Source: a virus. Taken from it: 64,000 bases of DNA. Each line of letters begins with the position of its first letter. Within the stretch, counting starts at the first letter, position 1. The notes below the pieces were generated by a model that searched no databases, was not told the DNA's origin, and saw only the letters and a list, made by a program, of their open reading frames with translations. Of this stretch, positions 58,224-64,000 are shown one piece after another. The position numbers and the translations under genes were made by a program. The DNA is taken from positions 111,699-175,698 of IMG/VR virus record IMGVR_UViG_3300028800_000060; one strand, written 5' to 3'.

Positions 58224-58855
58224 TGCCTACAAACAAACACGTAGTTAATGCGGTTTTAGCTTGTGAATCGCAAAATCCTGGTTTATTGGTTAAAAGTGTC
58301 AAGACGCTATTAAACAATAAACTAGTTGATGCTATTAATTCCAAAAAGCGTAACCTTGGCAATAAACTTTTTGAATCAACTAAAGTTAAAAAAGAAGACC
58401 CATATGAGAGTTATGAGCCTAAAATTAAAGAGGCGATAGATTATTGTGTGGAGAGTGTTCTTGATGGTGGTTTAGAATTAGAAAATACAATTCATATGGC
58501 CGCCAAACAATATAATGTGAATGAAGAATCTATCCACGAATATTTCGATACCTTTTTAGAAACTACTAAAACAGAAACAATGGTAGCTAGCACATCTTCT
58601 AACGATGAAGATGACAAGCGTGGATTACGTGATGATGAAGACACCAACAAACGTGTTCGTTATGAATCTGCCACACTAACATTTAAAAATGGTCAAAGTA
58701 TGATAATCAAAGAAGGATTTTGGGAAAATCGTATCGAACCAGTTTTAAATCAATTAACTCCAGAAAATAAAAGTGCTTTCTTAGATGTTATTACCAGAGA
58801 TAAAATGAGTTTCATGAAAGCCGCAGATTTTTGCCAAAAAGTGGTAAATCAATAA
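58223..58855 (+). CDS. Prohead core protein-like (gp67/gp68 position)
   Basis: Position after portal; L.NKL.DAI..KK N-terminus; L-x-E motifs. Confidence 0.5.
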   Translation: MPTNKHVVNAVLACESQNPGLLVKSVKTLLNNKLVDAINSKKRNLGNKLFESTKVKKEDPYESYEPKIKEAIDYCVESVLDGGLELENTIHMAAKQYNVNEESIHEYFDTFLETTKTETMVASTSSNDEDDKRGLRDDEDTNKRVRYESATLTFKNGQSMIIKEGFWENRIEPVLNQLTPENKSAFLDVITRDKMSFMKAADFCQKVVNQ

Positions 58856-58874
58856 ATAATAATTGGAGTTATAA

Positions 58875-59120
58875 ATGCCATTAAAAAATATTATAAAAGC
58901 TATAGAAAACAAACAATTATTAGTAGCTCATGAGTTATTGGAAAAAACGCTTTATACTAGGGCTGGTGTGTTGTTAGAAGAAAAGAAAAAACAAGTTGCC
59001 GCAAAAGTGTTTCCCATTAAAGAAGCTGATGAAAAGACCATTTTTAAAGCCGATCAGAGAAAAGCTTTAAAAGAAAAAATGAAAAAGGTGGGAACTAAAA
59101 AACCTAAGGCGGAAAAATAA
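58875..59120 (+). CDS. Small prohead core-like protein
   Basis: Lys/Glu-rich, LEEKKKQVA; late motif AATAAATA at 58851. Confidence 0.55.
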   Translation: MPLKNIIKAIENKQLLVAHELLEKTLYTRAGVLLEEKKKQVAAKVFPIKEADEKTIFKADQRKALKEKMKKVGTKKPKAEK

Positions 59121-59344
59121 TGAACCAATACTATCATGCTGCCGCAGTTTCTACAAGTAATACAGTTGATTTACCTATCAGAGCAACGGCGTTCGTTGTT
59201 GGTGCCGATGGTACGGTTAAAGTGAATACCTTTTATGAAACAGGTGTCACATTAACTTGCATTGCTGGTTTTGTGTATCCAGTAACAGTCACACGCATTT
59301 ATGCATCAGGAACAAGCGCAACAGGAATTGTTGCTCTTTGGTAA
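59120..59344 (+). CDS. Head spike base protein-like (RcGTA Rcc01079 family)
   Basis: A.AV..S.T.DL...A..VG..G.V.V...AG..YPV.V.RI.A.GT.ATGIVAL pattern. Confidence 0.7.
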   Translation: MNQYYHAAAVSTSNTVDLPIRATAFVVGADGTVKVNTFYETGVTLTCIAGFVYPVTVTRIYASGTSATGIVALW

Positions 59345-59349
59345 GTAAT

Positions 59350-60036
59350 ATGTCTACATTCAACGGTATAGAATCGGAAATATTAATCGAATCGTGTGAT
59401 GATTTTACATTTTTAACTGAAGAGTTAAATGGAAAAAAATATCATATGATCGAAGGTGTATTCTTACAACAAGAAATCAAAAATAAGAATAACCGTAAAT
59501 ACACAGCTTCTGTTATGGAACCAGAAGTTAATCGGTATATTAATGAGATGATTGGAAAAAATCGTGCTGTTGGAGAATTAGGGCATCCAGAAGGACCTAC
59601 AATTAATCCTGAGAGAATTTCACACAAAATTGTATCATTAATTCAGGATAAAAATAATTATATCGGCAGAGCACGAATTTCTAATTCCCCATTTGGAAAA
59701 ATTGTTCAAAATTTTCTAGATGAGGATATACAATTTGGGGTTTCATCTCGTGCAATTGGTACACTGAGACGCGTTAATGGTGTTGATTTGGTACAATCAG
59801 ATTTCCGTATCTCAACGGCAGCCGACATAGTTATGGATCCATCAGCCCCGGATGCATTTGTCCGTGGTATTATGGAAAATAGAGAATACCTTTTCGCGGA
59901 TGGATTGATTCAAGAAGCGAATTTGGATAAATGGAAGAGAGCTATTAAATCTGCCTCAATTAGTAGTTTGCATGAAACAGAAATAACAGCTTATCGAGAT
60001 TTTTTAGTGGAATTAGATAGAAGTTTCAAATTATAA
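59350..60036 (+). CDS. gp21: Prohead protease gp21
   Basis: IEGVFLQ..IKN.N.R.Y, RAVGELGHP, GVSSRA.G, DIV.DPSAPDAFV.GIME. Confidence 0.95.
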   Translation: MSTFNGIESEILIESCDDFTFLTEELNGKKYHMIEGVFLQQEIKNKNNRKYTASVMEPEVNRYINEMIGKNRAVGELGHPEGPTINPERISHKIVSLIQDKNNYIGRARISNSPFGKIVQNFLDEDIQFGVSSRAIGTLRRVNGVDLVQSDFRISTAADIVMDPSAPDAFVRGIMENREYLFADGLIQEANLDKWKRAIKSASISSLHETEITAYRDFLVELDRSFKL

Positions 60037-60076
60037 AACCACTAAATAGGAATATAGAATAATTTTAAGGAGAAAT

Positions 60077-61525
60077 ATGAACCTTTCTTTTCAAAAAAAA
60101 TTAGAAAAGATCCTCCGCAACGGAAATACTGTACTAAATGAAGAACACGAGGAAGGGTATGGTACTAAAAGTCCCACGCACGTTTGCCCCGAACCTGGTG
60201 AAGAAGTTACTACATCTTTAGATGGTACAGGAAAAATCGATGCGACACGACCAATTAAAGCTGGTGCTGATAAGACTTTAAAAACCACTCCCGCTGTTAG
60301 TGCTACTGAAGGTCCTACAGGACACATACCTACTAATTCTGATTTGCCTCGTGCCCAAAAAGATGGTTTAGGCACATCTAATAGTCCCGGTAAAAATAGT
60401 TTACCTCCAACACCTAAAGTTTATGGTCTTCATGAAGAAGAGGAAGAAGCCAAGAAACTAAAGGAAGAGGAAGAAGAGAAAAAACTTCCACCATTCATGA
60501 AAAAGAAAAAGCTTCATGAAGAAGAGGAAGAAGCCAAGAAACTGAAGGAAGAGGAAGAAGAGAAAAAACTTCACGAAGAGGAAGAAGAAGCCAAGAAACT
60601 GAAGGAAGAGGAAGAGGAATCTAAACGGCTAAAGGAAGAATCGGGAACTGAAGCTGCTAAAACTCTAAAACGTTCCGGTTCTGGTGAAAAAGCTGATAAA
60701 ATCAAGGAAGAATTTGATCATGAAGAAGGTAGCAAAACTAAAGAAAAACTTGGCGTAAAAGAAGAAAAAGAACCTGATGATGATAAAGACGACAAAAAGA
60801 TTGTAAAAGAAGCAACTGCGGCTCTTTTTGCCGGTGAAACAATTTCAGAAGTTTTGAAAGAAAAAACTGCCACAATTTTTGAAGCTACTCTTTCTCAAAG
60901 AATTAAAGATTATCGCAAGACTTTAAATGGCAGATATACCAAGAAACTTAATGAACGTGTGGAAGAAATTCGGGAAGAATTATCTAATTCGATAAGTGGC
61001 CATTTAGACCTAGTAGTTGAACATTGGGTAAAAGAAAATGAAGTTCCTTTGGAACGCGCCATTAAATCCGAATTAGTTGAAGAATTTATTGGTGGTTTAA
61101 AGAATCTTTTCGAAGAACATTACATTGAGTTACCACAAGAAAAAGTTGATGTTGTTGCTGAAATGGCAAATCGCATCAATACTCTTGAAAAGAAACTTAA
61201 TGAACAAATTGATACGAATGTGCAGTTACAGCAATCCGTGAAACTTCATGAACGTACAGAAGTATTCGAAAAGATGACACGTGGTATGGTCGCTACCAAA
61301 ATTGAAAAATTGAGAAATCTTTCGGAAAATGTTGACTATAAGAATGCAAAGCAATTTGAAACTGCATTAGTTACTTTGAAAGAAAGTGTAGAAGGAACTC
61401 AAAAACAAAGTACATCTAAGCAAACATTATCAGAGCAAACCTTAGAACAGAGTCCTGAACCCGGTTCTGGTGAACGCGTTGATAAAGTTAAAGAATTCTT
61501 AGCTCGGATGAATAAGAATGGTTAA
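60077..61525 (+). CDS. gp22: Prohead scaffold gp22
   Basis: A.IFEA, W.KENE..LE..IKSEL.EEFI.GLK.LF.EHYI..P.EK.DVV; tandem LHEEEEEAKKLKEEEEE repeats. Confidence 0.9.
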   Translation: MNLSFQKKLEKILRNGNTVLNEEHEEGYGTKSPTHVCPEPGEEVTTSLDGTGKIDATRPIKAGADKTLKTTPAVSATEGPTGHIPTNSDLPRAQKDGLGTSNSPGKNSLPPTPKVYGLHEEEEEAKKLKEEEEEKKLPPFMKKKKLHEEEEEAKKLKEEEEEKKLHEEEEEAKKLKEEEEESKRLKEESGTEAAKTLKRSGSGEKADKIKEEFDHEEGSKTKEKLGVKEEKEPDDDKDDKKIVKEATAALFAGETISEVLKEKTATIFEATLSQRIKDYRKTLNGRYTKKLNERVEEIREELSNSISGHLDLVVEHWVKENEVPLERAIKSELVEEFIGGLKNLFEEHYIELPQEKVDVVAEMANRINTLEKKLNEQIDTNVQLQQSVKLHERTEVFEKMTRGMVATKIEKLRNLSENVDYKNAKQFETALVTLKESVEGTQKQSTSKQTLSEQTLEQSPEPGSGERVDKVKEFLARMNKNG

Positions 61526-61598
61526 AAAAATAAGGAAACATAAATAACTCCATAAGAAGAGTTATCCGTTTAAAAGAAATTAAGGAGATTTATACTAA

Positions 61599-62957
61599 AT
61601 GAGACCTGAAGTAACAACAGATCAACTGGTAAAAAAGTGGAAGGATATTCTCGATGATGAGAGTTGTGGAGCGATTAAAAGTAACCTAAAACGACGTGTT
61701 GTCGCAACGGTTATGGAAAATCAGCAAATTGAGTTTGAAAAAACTCACCAAATCTTATCTGAGTCCGCTCCTACACTTAGTACCGGCGCCGGAATCGCAA
61801 ATTTCGATCCAATTTTAATTTCGCTAGTTCGCCGGGCAATGCCCAATTTAATCGCTTATGACGTTTGTGGTGTTCAACCAATGGTTGGACCAACTGGCTT
61901 AATATTTGCGATGAAATCGCGTTATACAAGCAAACAAGGAACAGAAGCATTGTTCAATGAAGCTAACACAGCTTTTTCTGGGCAAGATCCTAATGGTCCT
62001 TATGGTCAAACCTGGGGTGTTGGAGCAACTGGTGCCGTCCAGACTTTCGCTAATGGCACTGCGCATGCAGGTACTGATCCCGTAACTACTGGTTTCCCAC
62101 CAACAGCTTCTGGTTATACAACTGGACGTCCAATGACTACTTCACAAGCTGAAGCTTTGGGCGATGGCGTTGGAGCAGATTTCAATCAAATGGCATTCAG
62201 CATTGATAAGATTTCTGTTGAAGCAAAGACCCGCGCATTAAAAGCTGAGTATTCGGTAGAAGTTGCGCAAGATTTGAAAGCTATCCACGGATTAGATGCT
62301 GAGACCGAGTTGGCTAATATTCTTTCTGCTGAAATCTTAACCGAAATCAACCGGGAAATTATCCGTACTATCTACTACATCGCCGTCCCTGGTGCCGCTC
62401 AAACAACTAATCCTGGTATATTTGACTTGGATGTTGATGCTAATGGTCGTTGGTCTGTTGAGAAGTTCAAAGGTTTGATGTTCCAAGTTGAACGTGAAGC
62501 CAATGCTATCGCGAAGGCTACTCGACGTGGACGTGGGAACGTTATTATCTGTTCTTCGGACGTTGCTAGTGCTCTAGTAATGGCGGGAAAATTAGACTAT
62601 ACACCTGCTATCCAATCTGACCTAACTGTTGACGATACTGGTAATACCTTTGCTGGTGTGTTAAATGGCCGTTATCGTGTGTATATCGATCCTTACTTCG
62701 GCAATGGCGGAGCAAATGAGGAATTCTTACTAGTTGGTTATAAAGGTGCTAATGCCTACGATGCCGGCTTGTTCTATTGTCCTTATGTTCCTCTACAATT
62801 GTTCAGAGCCCAGGATCCACATAGCTTCCAACCCAAGATTGCGTTTAAGACACGGTATGCCGTTGCTCCAAACCCATTCTGGTCAGATGCTAATGCTAAT
62901 CTTCAAGCAAATAGTTCAGCCTATTATAGACTCATGAAAGTTATCAACCTACTATAA
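61599..62957 (+). CDS. gp23: Major capsid protein gp23
   Basis: FDPILISLVRRAMPNLIAYDVCGVQPM.GPTGLIFA, RALKAEYS, FYCPYVPL, FQPKI.FKTRY. Confidence 0.98.
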   Translation: MRPEVTTDQLVKKWKDILDDESCGAIKSNLKRRVVATVMENQQIEFEKTHQILSESAPTLSTGAGIANFDPILISLVRRAMPNLIAYDVCGVQPMVGPTGLIFAMKSRYTSKQGTEALFNEANTAFSGQDPNGPYGQTWGVGATGAVQTFANGTAHAGTDPVTTGFPPTASGYTTGRPMTTSQAEALGDGVGADFNQMAFSIDKISVEAKTRALKAEYSVEVAQDLKAIHGLDAETELANILSAEILTEINREIIRTIYYIAVPGAAQTTNPGIFDLDVDANGRWSVEKFKGLMFQVEREANAIAKATRRGRGNVIICSSDVASALVMAGKLDYTPAIQSDLTVDDTGNTFAGVLNGRYRVYIDPYFGNGGANEEFLLVGYKGANAYDAGLFYCPYVPLQLFRAQDPHSFQPKIAFKTRYAVAPNPFWSDANANLQANSSAYYRLMKVINLL

Positions 62958-62984
62958 TCGATAACTAAAAAGTAATAAACTCAG

Positions 62985-63013
62985 AGGGCAGCCATTTTTG
63001 GCTGCCCTTTTTT
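62985..63013 (+). terminator. Rho-independent terminator after gp23
   Basis: AGGGCAGCCA-TTTT-TGGCTGCCCT plus T tract. Confidence 0.85.
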
Positions 63014-63032
63014 ATTGGGTATAAATATTTGT

Positions 63033-63617
63033 ATGCCACAAACTATCTCAGGCGAATCACAGAATTACGGCGCATATAATCGGCAGCAGAAGAATGTAAA
63101 CTTCCTTCTTCCAAATAAATTTTCATTCTTTATTACTAAATTACCTGAATTATCGTTATCAGCTAAAGCTGTGAATATTCCAGGCATTTCATTACCAAAT
63201 TGGAAACAACTCACTAGTTTAAATCCTCTAAAACGCAGTGGCCTTAATATAGAATATGGAGATTTACAAGTTACCTTTTTAGTTGATGAAGATTTGAATA
63301 ATTGGAGTGAATTGCATAATTGGATGCGAATGATGGCTATGGTTAAAAGTAGTAAGGATTACCAGGAAATTAAGGTTGAACAACTACAACCTGGGCCTGA
63401 AGGTGGTTTGGTTTCTGATGCTCAATTAACCATTCTAACAAATGAATCTGTACCCAATGTAGTATTTTATTTTAGAAATGCCTTTCCTATCAATATGACA
63501 GACATTAACCTAACACAAGATACAAGTTCTCCAGAAGCACAAGAATGTACTGTAACTTTTGCCTATGATTATTATGATTTTGAAGATGTAAATGATGAAA
63601 CAACAGAACCCGACTAA
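63033..63617 (+). CDS. gp3: Tail tube terminator gp3
   Basis: NFL.P..F.F, NIPGISL, YGDL.VTFLVDEDL.N, SDA.LTILT, AFP; TATAAATA at 63020. Confidence 0.85.
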   Translation: MPQTISGESQNYGAYNRQQKNVNFLLPNKFSFFITKLPELSLSAKAVNIPGISLPNWKQLTSLNPLKRSGLNIEYGDLQVTFLVDEDLNNWSELHNWMRMMAMVKSSKDYQEIKVEQLQPGPEGGLVSDAQLTILTNESVPNVVFYFRNAFPINMTDINLTQDTSSPEAQECTVTFAYDYYDFEDVNDETTEPD

Positions 63618-63625
63618 ATATTTAC

Positions 63626-63844
63626 ATGAATAAAAAACTTTGGGTAGTTGGACAATTTAAAGGTAGTTATCAATATAAAAATATATCTGGAGTTTGTTGG
63701 GACCTAAATGGTATTCATGAAACCGAAGAGGCTGCGATTAATTCTTGCCGTGATGATTCATATTTTATTGGTCCAATAGAATTAAATGTGGCTTTACCAG
63801 ATGAAACTACAACATGGCCTGGATGTTATTTTCCTAAATCATAA
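63626..63844 (+). CDS. Hypothetical protein
   Basis: 72-aa ORF, CTAAATA at 63614. Confidence 0.55.
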   Translation: MNKKLWVVGQFKGSYQYKNISGVCWDLNGIHETEEAAINSCRDDSYFIGPIELNVALPDETTTWPGCYFPKS

Positions 63845-63993
63845 TGACATTAACAGAACTACAAGACCAAGTAAAAAAAGATTTAAAACTCCAACCCGAT
63901 GAATTGACTTATGAATCTGTCCGTACACCGGAGGTTCATCACACATACAATAAGATGTTAATGACCGAACGTTTAGCTTTAAAAAAGTTTTAA
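63844..63993 (+). CDS. uvsY: UvsY recombination mediator, N-terminal part (in-frame TAA at 63991 near window edge)
   Basis: MTLTELQDQVKKDLKL..DELTYESVRTPEVHH.Y; usual position after gp3. Confidence 0.6.
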   Translation: MTLTELQDQVKKDLKLQPDELTYESVRTPEVHHTYNKMLMTERLALKKF

Positions 63994-64000
63994 CGTAATT

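Larger units (their letters stand above)
1690..63620 (+). promoter_or_regulatory. T4-type late promoter motifs (TATAAATA / CATAAATA / CTAAATA)
   Basis: Just upstream of late genes at 1690, 6088, 7470, 13180, 24982, 31542, 32163, 45563, 45946, 47716, 49473, 53296, 56568, 58851, 60042, 61539, 63020, 63614. Confidence 0.75.

Noticed and set aside
63844-64000. uvsY pseudogene or stop-codon recoding (TAA at 63991)
   Set aside because: Within 10 nt of the window end and may be a terminal sequence error; all other core genes are intact under the standard code

Overview
A 64-kb segment of a large T4-like myophage genome. The left arm (1-13.4 kb) holds a collagen-like fibre end, a GT4 glycosyltransferase and baseplate genes (gp25, gp6, gp7-like, gp8, a 1900-aa DUF4815/VrlC-like protein). 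The right arm (47.7-64 kb) holds gp14-gp23, gp3 and the start of uvsY. Between them lies a ~34-kb accessory region of small, mostly sigma70-driven and often leaderless genes, which also contains a stranded gp13. The most unusual signal is a ~1.4-kb island (40427-41810) almost devoid of GG and CC dinucleotides, with none at all over 726 bp. Its three ORFs therefore contain no Gly, Pro or Trp. The island sits at a transcriptional divergence point, is rich in palindromes and ends at a 71-bp tandem repeat. Other notable features: eight mosaic hexapeptide-repeat (LbH) paralogs, two of which form a 227-bp inverted repeat around the island; a palindrome GTTAT-N-ATAAC repeated about 12 times between genes; and host-like exported proteins (PEP-CTERM, YXWGXW, DUF3309-like) that suggest an Acidobacteria-type host. 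All calls were made by eye; no database searches were run.
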